This document shows, piece after piece, positions 27,344 to 36,576 of a stretch of DNA of 64,000 nucleotides. The position numbers and the translations under genes were made by a program. How positions within the stretch are numbered: the stretch's first letter is position 1; every line of letters starts with the position of its first letter. The notes below the pieces were generated by a model, which saw only the letters and a list, made by a program, of their open reading frames with translations, searched no databases and was not told the DNA's origin. Source of the stretch: Candidatus Aminicenantales bacterium (GTDB taxonomy: Bacteria > Acidobacteriota > Aminicenantia > Aminicenantales > UBA8522); NCBI GenBank assembly GCA_049287565.1, contig JBAQGA010000239.1:1522-65521 (forward strand), given 5' to 3'.

Positions 27344-30300
27344 CTAGAATCCCGGCCAGAAGCTGAACTGGAAATACCAGCCCTTGTCCGGCCGGTCAAA
27401 TGGCTTGACATAGTTGACACCCACAACCAAATAGCCGAAGACGTTCACTCGCAGGCCGATACCGGCGCTGGAGATGGGCTTGCGTGTTCCTCCCAGGATC
27501 GTAGGCTTGTTGTTCTGGCCCTCTGAATCCGCGTACCAGGCGACACCCCAATCGTAAAAGAGGATCATGTCGATGGGAAAAGCCCCGTAATACCCTTTCC
27601 CTAGTCCCAGGACTCCCAGCAAAGGAAAGCGGAGCTCGGCGTTGGCGACCAGCATCTTAGAGCCGAAGAGTCTTCCCTGGTCAAACCCCTCTCCTCCGGG
27701 ATATTCGCTGCTGCCGTAAGAATAGTAATCGTAACCGCGGACGAAGCTTTCATAACCGATGTAAAGCGGGTACATCCGTTCGTCCTCGGCGTCCTTGCCG
27801 TAGCGGCCATAATGAAAGGCCCGGAAAGCGAGCGTGAACGGCCGGACGGGCATGAAATAACGCCGATAATCGGCCATGATCGTGTACATATTGAAGGAAC
27901 CAAAGGTGGGCGTCGCCTCAAGAATATAACTCTGACCCAGGATCGGCCCCGTTGCGCCGAAGAGCGAGCTGTCATAGACCAGGGCGAAGCTCGTGTAGGC
28001 ATAATGGATGCTCGGCGCCGAAGGAAGCTTCTCGACATCGCGATAGACCAGGCTTCCATCGTACAATGAGTAGGCCTGGGTGATGATCTCCGTATCGAAG
28101 TCGATATACTGATAGCCTGCGTACATTTCCACCCGCTGGACCTGATTGAATGGATAGGCCAAATAACCGCCGATCTGATAGTTGAACTGCCAGGCCAGGT
28201 ATTGCTCTTCGATATAGAGCTGATTGATCTCGTCGTAGGAAATGCCGTATCCCCCATACACATAGGGAATGCGGCCGACCACCGCTCCCCAATTGAGGCG
28301 GTGCCGCGAGTTCTGATAGCTGAGGATCCCGGTCAGGTCCTTCAACCGGCTCGAGGACTGGACGATGGTCGCGAGGGAATGGTATCCGAGCATGTCGGTC
28401 CAGTAGAGCCCGATTCCCCCGCCCGCATATGTCCCGAAGCGGTCGATGCCGACACCGATCTGCGGCGGGGCGACGTAGTCGAGGGTGAGCTTGGGCTTGT
28501 AAGAGGACTCGGGGAATTCGACCTGCTCCGGCAGACCGAAAAGCGGGTTTCTCAGGAGCCCGAGCAGGGCGCCGCCGGGCTGCTCGCGCGGCGGCAAGAC
28601 AGAGAGCAGCCTTCCTCCGAAGGTGGCAATATCGGGACTCCCCTGCAGGGCTTCATCCCGGTCGATCAGATAAATGGTGTAATAGCCGTCGTCATAACCG
28701 GAATAGGCCAGCCGTCCCGAGTCATGAGCAACCGAGATGGCCGGGCTCAGGTCGGTGATCCCGCTGACTCCCGTGTAGATGTTGGTCACTTGAAAGATCT
28801 TTTTAGAGGCCAGATCGATACGGTAGATGTCGGTTTTGCCGCTCTGATCGGAGATGAAGATCAGGCTGCGGTTGTCCTTCGTCCACTGGGGATTGGCGTT
28901 CTTGGCGGCCGAAAAAGCGGGGATGCGCTCGATCTTTCCGGAGACAGGATCGATCAGGGCCAACTCGTAGTCGCCCATGCTCAGCAAGGTCAGGTCGGTG
29001 GTGAAACGGTCGGTGACGAAAGCAATGCGTCGGCCGTCGGGGGACCAGCTCGGCTGGAGGTCGGCGAAGAAATCGTCGGTGAACGGCTTCAGATCCTTCG
29101 TTTCCAGGTCATAGAGAAAAAGGTCCGTCTTCCCGCCGGTCAGAGCTGAGAAGGCGATAAATCTCCCGTCCGGCGACCAGGCCGGGCTGAAGATCTCGTC
29201 CAGGCTCTTGAACTCGATCTCCTCGACGATCTTTCCTTTGTCCAGGTCGTAAAAGCTGAGGATGGGCTCTCCCTTCGAGATGGCGCCGAAGACAAAAGTC
29301 TTTCCCTGGGGGTCCCAGGCGCCGGCCGAGCGGATGAACTGGAGACTTTCGAACTCGGGGTCGACGGCGGTCTGGGTGATCTTGTCCATGACCTTGCCTG
29401 TCCGGGCGTCGGCCAGGTACAGGTCGATGGAAAAGAGGTCGCGAGTGGACAGAAACATGATGTGTCGGCCGTCGGGGCTGATAACGGGCGAGACGTTGTA
29501 AGGATTTTTTTCCTCCCCTTTAAGAAGAACCCGGCTGTTCGGGTCGGTAAGCTGCGTTCCTTCCAGGACCGGTTTGAAGGCTTTTTCATAAGCCTCATGC
29601 CAGTCTTTGGTCAGCTGTTCATAGGAGACCCCCAGGAGTTTGGTGACCACGGCTTCCATATCGCCCCCCCGTCCGATGCTCTTCATCAGACGGGAAATCG
29701 TTTCGTCTCCCCATCGTCCCGTCATATAAGCCAAGAGGGCTTGCCCGTAACGATAGGGGAAATATTTATAAGGGTTATTCAGTTTCTTCAGGGCAGGAAG
29801 AAAATTGCGGCGGCTGGCATCTCTCATCCACATGGCCGTATGCGGGTCGACCGATCCGATCGACAGGTATTCCGCCATTCCTTCGATGAACCACAGGGGA
29901 ACCTGGGCCAGGCCGAGACCCATCCCGCCCCCGCTTCCAGGCCCACCGGACGAGCTCATGTCGTATTGAAAGGCATGGACGAGCTCGTGGCCGATGACGT
30001 GATCGGTCTCGGCCGGTGACGTCCCGATGGGAAGGATGATCCGGCGTTTGAACGACTCCGTGACACCGCCCGTCCCTTCGCCGATCATTCCGGTCAGGGC
30101 AGTTGTCTGCTGGAAATGCGGGCTGCTGGCGTACAGGATCAGGGGCTGCCGTCCTTTGAGCTCATGGTTGAGCATTCTGGAGTAACGGGCATACCACCGT
30201 TCCGCCATGCGGGCCGATTCCTCGGCCACGCCCCTGAACTCCTGATAAAAATAAACGTCGAAATGCTTCGTCTTGATGATCTGGAAATCGAATTTCTGGT

Positions 30301-30409
30301 ATTGGACCTTGTTCCGGCCGAAATACTGGGCCTCGAGCGGCTGGCTGAGAAGCGACAAGGCCAAGGCAGCTATAAGAATCATAACGCCAAACTTTATTGT
30401 TTTGGACAT
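27344..30409 (-). CDS. Large outer-membrane protein: N-terminal HEXXH peptidase-like (MA clan) domain + TolB-like beta-propeller + C-terminal Omp85/D15 beta-barrel
   Basis: Signal peptide MSKTIKFGVMILIAALALSLLSQPLEA after a GAGGAGGG ribosome-binding site. HELVHAFQYD zinc-binding motif. PD40/TolB repeats (PAWSPDGRFIAF, PSWSPDGRRIAF). C-terminal Omp85 surface-antigen barrel (ANAELRFPL...) ending in an aromatic residue (FWPGF). Confidence 0.7.
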   Translation of the reverse strand: MSKTIKFGVMILIAALALSLLSQPLEAQYFGRNKVQYQKFDFQIIKTKHFDVYFYQEFRGVAEESARMAERWYARYSRMLNHELKGRQPLILYASSPHFQQTTALTGMIGEGTGGVTESFKRRIILPIGTSPAETDHVIGHELVHAFQYDMSSSGGPGSGGGMGLGLAQVPLWFIEGMAEYLSIGSVDPHTAMWMRDASRRNFLPALKKLNNPYKYFPYRYGQALLAYMTGRWGDETISRLMKSIGRGGDMEAVVTKLLGVSYEQLTKDWHEAYEKAFKPVLEGTQLTDPNSRVLLKGEEKNPYNVSPVISPDGRHIMFLSTRDLFSIDLYLADARTGKVMDKITQTAVDPEFESLQFIRSAGAWDPQGKTFVFGAISKGEPILSFYDLDKGKIVEEIEFKSLDEIFSPAWSPDGRFIAFSALTGGKTDLFLYDLETKDLKPFTDDFFADLQPSWSPDGRRIAFVTDRFTTDLTLLSMGDYELALIDPVSGKIERIPAFSAAKNANPQWTKDNRSLIFISDQSGKTDIYRIDLASKKIFQVTNIYTGVSGITDLSPAISVAHDSGRLAYSGYDDGYYTIYLIDRDEALQGSPDIATFGGRLLSVLPPREQPGGALLGLLRNPLFGLPEQVEFPESSYKPKLTLDYVAPPQIGVGIDRFGTYAGGGIGLYWTDMLGYHSLATIVQSSSRLKDLTGILSYQNSRHRLNWGAVVGRIPYVYGGYGISYDEINQLYIEEQYLAWQFNYQIGGYLAYPFNQVQRVEMYAGYQYIDFDTEIITQAYSLYDGSLVYRDVEKLPSAPSIHYAYTSFALVYDSSLFGATGPILGQSYILEATPTFGSFNMYTIMADYRRYFMPVRPFTLAFRAFHYGRYGKDAEDERMYPLYIGYESFVRGYDYYSYGSSEYPGGEGFDQGRLFGSKMLVANAELRFPLLGVLGLGKGYYGAFPIDMILFYDWGVAWYADSEGQNNKPTILGGTRKPISSAGIGLRVNVFGYLVVGVNYVKPFDRPDKGWYFQFSFWPGF

Positions 30410-30744
30410 TGTTCCCTCCTCGGTCTCAGGCATCGAAAACACCTATATCCAGATCAGACCTAATCACTATTATCCTTATAAATTTTATCAAATTAATATA
30501 ATATTGGCAATTCAAGAACCCAACGGGCCGTCTGGATGGCCATGATTCACTCTCATGTCTTCGACATTACTATTATACTATCCATGCCTTTTAGAGCAAA
30601 TTCCATGCCAATTTCTTTGCTTTCTATCTCAGCGCGATGCTCCCTGGAACCAGAGACCGCCGGCTATTTTGAGCCTCGGGAATGTCTCTCGCCGAGGACA
30701 GATGTCATCCAATTGGGTGCAGGCCTCGACGCGGGACTCTTGGA

Positions 30745-31314
30745 TCAATCTTTTGGGCGGTTGAACCAAACGATCTCGCTCAAGCTCTTCCGGCTCTTTT
30801 CCCGCGGTTTTTTTTCGTAATACCCCAAGGCCATCAAGCAGACGATCTTGTACCGGCGGGGAATGCGGAAGAACTTCCGGGTTCTCCGCCCGTTGAACCA
30901 GCCGATCCAGCAGGTCCCCAGCCCGAGCTCTTCGGCCTGGAGTGAGAGGTGTCCGCCGGCGATGCCCACGTCGATGAGGTAGAAAGGGACGTTCTGGAGA
31001 TAGTTCCCGATGCGGTTGGCGAGAAGATCCAGGCGGGCCAGGATGAGGATAAGCACCGGCGCCTTGGCCGCGAACCGGGAGAATTGATAGATTCCCGAGA
31101 AGGCGGCGGCCGAGAAACGATCCTTGATGTCCGGGTCATCGATGACCAGAAACCGCCAGGGCTGAACGTTCTCAGCCGAAGGGGCCAGCCGGGCGGCTTC
31201 TAGACAGACGAGCACCTTTTCCCTTTCCACCGGCCTGTCGAGATACCGCCGAACGCTGCGACGGCCCCGCACCAGTTTCTGAAACGGCGTGCGCTCTATC
31301 GTCATCGGCATCAC
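30745..31314 (-). CDS. Nitroreductase family protein
   Basis: RRSVRRY...LAPSAENVQPWRF motif of FMN-dependent nitroreductases. 189 aa. Confidence 0.8.
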   Translation of the reverse strand: MMPMTIERTPFQKLVRGRRSVRRYLDRPVEREKVLVCLEAARLAPSAENVQPWRFLVIDDPDIKDRFSAAAFSGIYQFSRFAAKAPVLILILARLDLLANRIGNYLQNVPFYLIDVGIAGGHLSLQAEELGLGTCWIGWFNGRRTRKFFRIPRRYKIVCLMALGYYEKKPREKSRKSLSEIVWFNRPKD

Positions 31315-31432
31315 GGCTCATTCAATAACATAAAACGGGACGGCTGAAAAGAGCCCGGGATTTTCTAAATCTTTTGATTTGAGCTAGAATAAATCGCGCC
31401 GGATCTCAGATTCCGATGACATGGAGGCCGTC

Positions 31433-31885
31433 ATGAGCAAGAAATTCCTGTTTGGAATGAGCGCTGTCCTTTTTCTCGTCTCCGTGGCTTCCCCCGCCCC
31501 GCCCGGCAAGTTTGGAGTTGGACTGATTATCTTTGATCCTTCCGGCCTATCGGCCAAAGCCTGGATGCGCGGCTCCACGGCCATCGCGGGCGGGCTCGGC
31601 TGGTCGGCCGAAGAGAATCACTACTTTCATCTTCACGCTGATTTCCTTTTCACCAACATCCGCCTGGCCTCCGACCGGAACCTCGACCTCGACTTCTACT
31701 TGGGCGCCGGCGGCAAGATCGTCTTCCGGGATCACGATAATGCCTGGTTCCGTATTCCCCTGGGAATCGATTTCCTGCTCAAGCGGTCGCCGCTCAATTT
31801 CTTTTTCGAAGTCGTTCCTTCCTTCAACTTCTCCGAGCTCAAACTCTTCGGGGCCATCGGCTTCCGCTACGTCTTTGCCACCTGA
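31433..31885 (+). CDS. Small secreted beta-barrel-like protein (hypothetical outer-membrane protein)
   Basis: Signal peptide MSKKFLFGMSAVLFLVSVASPA. Alternating amphipathic beta-strand pattern. C-terminal aromatic-rich FRYVFAT. Confidence 0.45.
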   Translation: MSKKFLFGMSAVLFLVSVASPAPPGKFGVGLIIFDPSGLSAKAWMRGSTAIAGGLGWSAEENHYFHLHADFLFTNIRLASDRNLDLDFYLGAGGKIVFRDHDNAWFRIPLGIDFLLKRSPLNFFFEVVPSFNFSELKLFGAIGFRYVFAT

Positions 31886-31974
31886 AAAGTGTTGCCTCCG
31901 CCAAGCCTTTCTGATATAGTTGATAAAACAACCATGAAGGTTGACTAATTCGTGAGAGAAAAGGAGAAGTTACA

Positions 31975-32973
31975 GTGAAAAAAATCGCCGCCAGTGCTCT
32001 TGCTTTCGTCTTTGTTCTGGCAGGTCTGATGTCCTGCAGCAAGGCAACGGCTCCCAAGGCCGGCTCGGCCAAAGCCACGGATATGCTTTCCCTCCTCCCC
32101 GTTGATTCAAAGGGAGCGGTCGTTGTCGATGTCCATCGGATCATGCAGAACGAATTTGTCCAGAAATCGATCGCCGAGAACGAGGACAAAGCCAAGTACG
32201 ACGAATTTGTCCAGACCACGGGGATTGATCCGCAGCAGGACATTTTCTTTTTCGTCGGTGCCATGATGGGGGATATCGGACAAAAGGAGCCGGACGGGGC
32301 TGGCCTGGTCAACCTGAGATACGATAAGGATAAGGTCCTGGCTTTAGTCCAGAAAGAGGGAGGCGAATTGGGCCAGGAAGAATACAGCGGCCTGACGGTC
32401 TATCGGACCGCTGCCGGCGAAGACAAGAAACCCATGAGCTTCGTCTTCATGGATGAGTCCAACATCCTCCTGGGCACGGATGCTGCGGTCAGGAAGGTCA
32501 TCGATGTCTACCAGAAAAAGGCCGACAATATCTGGAAGAACGAGAATATGTCCGCCCTGCTCAAGGGAATGAATACCGCCGCCATGGTCTGGGGAGGGTT
32601 CGCCATCCCCCCGGATGCCATGAAGCAGGCCTCTTCCCAGAACCCGATGCTGAGCGCTTTTTCCGACATCCGCTCTATCGTCCTCTCCTTCGACTACAAG
32701 GATAAGAACGTCCTCGCCGAGATCAAGGCGCTGAGCCCGGACGCGGCCAAGAACAAGCAGATGGGCGACGCCCTAAACGGGTTCAAGGCTCTGGGAGCCG
32801 GAGCCGCAGCCCAGGAGCCCCTCTGGGGCGAGCTTCTGAACAAGATCGAGATCAACTCTGCCGCCGACCACGTCAAGATCGCCGCCACCCTGCCAGAGGA
32901 GTTGATCAGGAGTCTGGGCGAGAAAATGAAGCCGAAGAAGCCGGAAGCCGAGCTGGAAGAGAACGAGAACTAG
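31975..32973 (+). CDS. Lipoprotein of unknown function
   Basis: Signal peptide with lipobox LAGLMSC. Soluble 300-aa domain with an acidic C-terminus. Convergent with the ABC-2 transporter genes. Confidence 0.55.
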   Translation: MKKIAASALAFVFVLAGLMSCSKATAPKAGSAKATDMLSLLPVDSKGAVVVDVHRIMQNEFVQKSIAENEDKAKYDEFVQTTGIDPQQDIFFFVGAMMGDIGQKEPDGAGLVNLRYDKDKVLALVQKEGGELGQEEYSGLTVYRTAAGEDKKPMSFVFMDESNILLGTDAAVRKVIDVYQKKADNIWKNENMSALLKGMNTAAMVWGGFAIPPDAMKQASSQNPMLSAFSDIRSIVLSFDYKDKNVLAEIKALSPDAAKNKQMGDALNGFKALGAGAAAQEPLWGELLNKIEINSAADHVKIAATLPEELIRSLGEKMKPKKPEAELEENEN

Positions 32974-33782
32974 TCGTCGAGAATATATTCCTTCTTCGTA
33001 AAGAAAAGGCAGGCCAGCGCCAGGAGCGCGGCCGTGATGAGGAATAGCATCAGGAGGGCGAGCCCCGGCTTGGTCGGCTCCAAGTGGAACGTCAGGATGG
33101 AAAAGCGTCCCGACGAGGTCGCCGGCAGGAACGATTTCAGGTAGTGGGCGATGGCCAGCCGCTGGGTCGAGCCCGGAAAATATTGGATGACGTTCTCCCA
33201 GCCGAAACAGAACAGCAGTCCGAAGAAGATCGACCGCTTCAAAAAACTCCCGAAAAAGGTGAACAGAGCCCCGTAAGCCATTACTCCCAGGATAAGAACT
33301 CCCAGATACCGGCCGAGGATTCGGTATATCGAGAGATCAAGGAGGCGGTCGAGGTTGAGGACAAAGAAGGAAAACACCAGGCCCAGGGTGACCATCCCGA
33401 TCATCACGATCGTGTAGGCGGCATACTTGCCCAGCACGACGGCCGCCTTGGAGACGGGCCGGGTGACGAGATAGGGCAAGGTCTTCCCCTCCACTTCTTC
33501 CGAACAGACCGAAGTCCCGTAGAATAGCGCCAGGATAAGAATGATCAGCTGAAGGTAAAAGAGCATGATCAGGTTGTTGAAGAGATAGCCGTTCCCGCTT
33601 CCCGGTTTGCCGGAAAAGATCTGGTTGAACTTGATGACCAACGAGACGGCAACCGGCAGGAAGCTGAACAGGAAGAAAAACCGGGTCCGCCGGGCCTTCC
33701 GTCCCTGCGGAAAAAAGACGGCAAAGACCCGCCCTGCGGAACGCAGCAACGAAAAAAGATTGGCGGCTGGGCTGGCGGTCAT
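32970..33782 (-). CDS. ABC-2 family transporter permease
   Basis: Six hydrophobic segments. Typical ABC-2 exporter permease size (270 aa). 2-nt gap from the upstream ATPase gene. Confidence 0.7.
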   Translation of the reverse strand: MTASPAANLFSLLRSAGRVFAVFFPQGRKARRTRFFFLFSFLPVAVSLVIKFNQIFSGKPGSGNGYLFNNLIMLFYLQLIILILALFYGTSVCSEEVEGKTLPYLVTRPVSKAAVVLGKYAAYTIVMIGMVTLGLVFSFFVLNLDRLLDLSIYRILGRYLGVLILGVMAYGALFTFFGSFLKRSIFFGLLFCFGWENVIQYFPGSTQRLAIAHYLKSFLPATSSGRFSILTFHLEPTKPGLALLMLFLITAALLALACLFFTKKEYILDD

Positions 33783-33783
33783 G

Positions 33784-34710
33784 TTATTTCCCCACGAGAT
33801 AATCGAAGACGGCCTGGAGGTTGTCGTCGGGCGAGGTGATCTCCTCGACTTCCATCTTGGTCTTGACGAGCAGGCTCAGGAGCCGGGCAAAAAATTTATC
33901 CCGGTTGGTGGTCTCGACCAGGAGGGATCTCGCGTCCGGCCCGAAATACACTTTCAAGACGTTATCCTCGCCCAGGAACTGAGCGGCCAGGCCCCGCGGG
34001 TCGGCGCACTTGATGGCCACCATGTGGGGATGCGTCTCGATGAGGTCCCGGATATAGTGGATGTCCCCCCGGGCAAAGATTTTTCCCTGATGGATCAGGA
34101 TGATGTTTCTGGTGAGGGCCTCGATCTCGGGGAGGACGTGGCTGGAAACGATCACCGTCTTGCCCTCCTCCTTGTATGTCTTGATCAGGCGAATGAGTTT
34201 CCGTTTCCCCAGCGGGTCCAGGCCGCTCATCGGTTCGTCCAGGATGATGATCTCCGGATCATGGGCGATGGCCTGGGCGAACTTGAGCCTCTGGCGCATT
34301 CCCCGGCTGTAGGCCCGGACCAGCCGGTCGCGATCGGTCGAGAGCTCGACGATTTCGAGCGTTTTCTCCGCCCGCGAACGGACTTCGGCCGGCGCGAATC
34401 CGTGGAGCCTGAGAAGGCTGGTCAGGAAAACCCAGCCCGTCATGTCCTCGTAGAAGGAGTCGTGTTCGGGGCAAAACCCGATGCGGGAAAAAAGGGACGG
34501 GTTGTTCTGGACCTTCTGGCCGAGGATCCGGACGGTGCCGATGCTGGGCCGGATCTGTCCGGTGAGGAGCTTGAGAAAGGTCGATTTGCCGGCGCCGTTC
34601 GGCCCTAGGAGGCCGCTGATCCCGGGCTCGACCTCGATGGTGACATCGCTCAGCCCGAGGACGTTCCCGTACCATTTGGAAAGGCTGGAGGTCTGGATCA
34701 CGGCCGTCAT
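33784..34710 (-). CDS. ABC transporter ATP-binding protein
   Basis: Walker A GPNGAGKST. ABC signature YSRGMRQRL. Walker B ILDEP. Confidence 0.9.
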   Translation of the reverse strand: MTAVIQTSSLSKWYGNVLGLSDVTIEVEPGISGLLGPNGAGKSTFLKLLTGQIRPSIGTVRILGQKVQNNPSLFSRIGFCPEHDSFYEDMTGWVFLTSLLRLHGFAPAEVRSRAEKTLEIVELSTDRDRLVRAYSRGMRQRLKFAQAIAHDPEIIILDEPMSGLDPLGKRKLIRLIKTYKEEGKTVIVSSHVLPEIEALTRNIILIHQGKIFARGDIHYIRDLIETHPHMVAIKCADPRGLAAQFLGEDNVLKVYFGPDARSLLVETTNRDKFFARLLSLLVKTKMEVEEITSPDDNLQAVFDYLVGK

Positions 34711-35582
34711 TTGGCGACCTCCACACCCCGGACTTTCTTGTTCAGAACAGCGGCTGCCGCCACTCCGACGGCCAGGAGGATGAGGAACGACCAGTACCAG
34801 GGAACTGCGTACTCTGGCTTGAGTTTAAAGAACCAGGCTGCGACCTGCTGCAAGTTCGTTCTTATGGAAAGCAGGGCATAGGCTGGATCCTTCTTGATGT
34901 TCTCGAAGAAGAACCTGAAGAGGATCTCGGAGAAGAAATAGATCGCAAAAATCAGGATGGAGACATATCTCCTGTTCTTGCTCAGCGAGGACAAGAGCAA
35001 CGTATAGGAGCAGAAAAATCCGGTGACGAACAAGGAATAGCCGATGACCGAGAGCGGCAGCCAGGGATAGGTCATAAGGAGATGGAAGTTCCCGGCGAAA
35101 AGGAGCTTGAAGAGGATGAAGACCAGCCCGGGGACGAGCGTAATCAGGAGGAGGAAAAAGACAATGACGTTCGCCTTGCCGAGGAGGTAATCGCTCTTTC
35201 GGAGCGGACGGGCGAAATAGAGCTGGAGGGAATTGTGCTTAAGGTCGTCGGCGATCAATCCCGCCCCGCTGACCAACAGGATCATCACCATCATGAAGAG
35301 CATGCCGTTCCAGCTCAGGTAAACTTTAAAAAAGGCCGGATTGACCTCGAGGACCGCGCTTTCGCCGTTGATCATATAGCGGAAGTCCTCGATCCGCTCT
35401 GAAACATAGATGCCGACGAGAAACACAAACGCAAGCCCGAGAGCGCTGAACAGGATGAACTTGAAATACTTCCTCTTGAAGGCCAGCCGGATACCCAGCC
35501 AGGTGATCGGCCACCAGGGGAACCGCTTCTCTTTCAACTCCCCGTCCCAGTGCATGTAGCCTTTCTCTCGGATGGTCATCAA
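34707..35582 (-). CDS. ABC-2 family transporter permease (second cassette)
   Basis: Polytopic membrane protein (291 aa). Overlaps neighbours by 4 nt on both sides. Confidence 0.7.
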   Translation of the reverse strand: MMTIREKGYMHWDGELKEKRFPWWPITWLGIRLAFKRKYFKFILFSALGLAFVFLVGIYVSERIEDFRYMINGESAVLEVNPAFFKVYLSWNGMLFMMVMILLVSGAGLIADDLKHNSLQLYFARPLRKSDYLLGKANVIVFFLLLITLVPGLVFILFKLLFAGNFHLLMTYPWLPLSVIGYSLFVTGFFCSYTLLLSSLSKNRRYVSILIFAIYFFSEILFRFFFENIKKDPAYALLSIRTNLQQVAAWFFKLKPEYAVPWYWSFLILLAVGVAAAAVLNKKVRGVEVAK

Positions 35583-36490
35583 TCCACTCCCACCGTCTGA
35601 GCAAAAAAATCTTCGAGCGAGGTCTGGCTTCGCACGAAATGGCGCACCTGGACCTTCACCTGCTCCGCGGCCGCCAGGATCTCCCGCGCATCCATGTCCG
35701 CAGGCATGTAGACCTTCAGAAGCTTGTCGGCCGTTTCCTCGACGCGGCAGCCGAGCGCTTTGAGCCTGCCGCTGAATCCTTCCCCTTCTCCTTTTATCCG
35801 GACCTCGTAAAGGCGATAGTCAAGAGTCCTGAGCTCGCTCAGCTTTCCCTGCGCGGCCAATCGCCCCTTGTTCAGGATGATCACATCAGAGCAGACGGAC
35901 TCGATGTCCGAGAGGATGTGGGATGAGACAAGGACCTGGATCTCCTTTTTCGAAGAGATATCCCGGATGAGCTCGAGGACCTCTTTCCGGCCCTGCGGAT
36001 CGAGATTGCTGGTCGGCTCGTCGAGGAAGAGGAGCTTCGGATCGTGGACGATCGCCTGGGCCAGCTTGAGACGCTGTTTCATGCCGGCCGAATAGGACTC
36101 GAGAGGGCGGTAGCGCGACTCCCCGAGCCCGACATAAAAAAGGACGTCGTGAGTCCTCTTCATTGCTTCCTGACGGGGCATTCCGGAAAGCTCGCCGAAA
36201 TGGGCGGTGAAGGTCACGGCGTCCATGCCCGGTATCAGACAATCGTCTTCCGGCATGTAGCCGACATGGCGGCGGATGCGAGGCTGTTCCAGCCGGATGT
36301 CGTAGCCGAGGACCCGTCCTCGACCTTTCTGGGGAACTAGGAAACCGAGAAGGATGCGGAGGAGCGTGCTTTTACCGGCCCCGTTCGGGCCGAGCAGGCC
36401 GACCGCTCCTTCCGCCATTCTCAGCGTAATTCCATCCAGGGCCTTGCTGCGGCCGTACGAGAACTGAAGGTCGGAGACCTCGACGATCAT
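35579..36490 (-). CDS. ABC transporter ATP-binding protein (second cassette)
   Basis: Walker A GPNGAGKST. Signature YSAGMKQRL. Walker B FLDEPTSNLD. Confidence 0.9.
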   Translation of the reverse strand: MIVEVSDLQFSYGRSKALDGITLRMAEGAVGLLGPNGAGKSTLLRILLGFLVPQKGRGRVLGYDIRLEQPRIRRHVGYMPEDDCLIPGMDAVTFTAHFGELSGMPRQEAMKRTHDVLFYVGLGESRYRPLESYSAGMKQRLKLAQAIVHDPKLLFLDEPTSNLDPQGRKEVLELIRDISSKKEIQVLVSSHILSDIESVCSDVIILNKGRLAAQGKLSELRTLDYRLYEVRIKGEGEGFSGRLKALGCRVEETADKLLKVYMPADMDAREILAAAEQVKVQVRHFVRSQTSLEDFFAQTVGVD

Positions 36491-36576
36491 CTTCTTTTCC
36501 GGTGAGACAACGCACGCCTCTCCCTTATATCATACGTGGAGTGCCCGGCGGAAGTTCAACCCGAGTGTCCTCCGGA

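Noticed and set aside
28202-29149. 315-aa plus-strand ORF inside the large outer-membrane protein gene
   Set aside because: It is antisense to the TolB-propeller region of the 1021-aa protein. It has no start context.
30410-30744. AT-rich (about 40% GC) island with several small plus-strand ORFs (30273..30545, 30536..30820, 30555..30764)
   Set aside because: The ORFs have no ribosome-binding sites and run across the promoter region of the minus-strand outer-membrane protein gene. The region is better interpreted as an AT-rich promoter/UP-element region for that gene.
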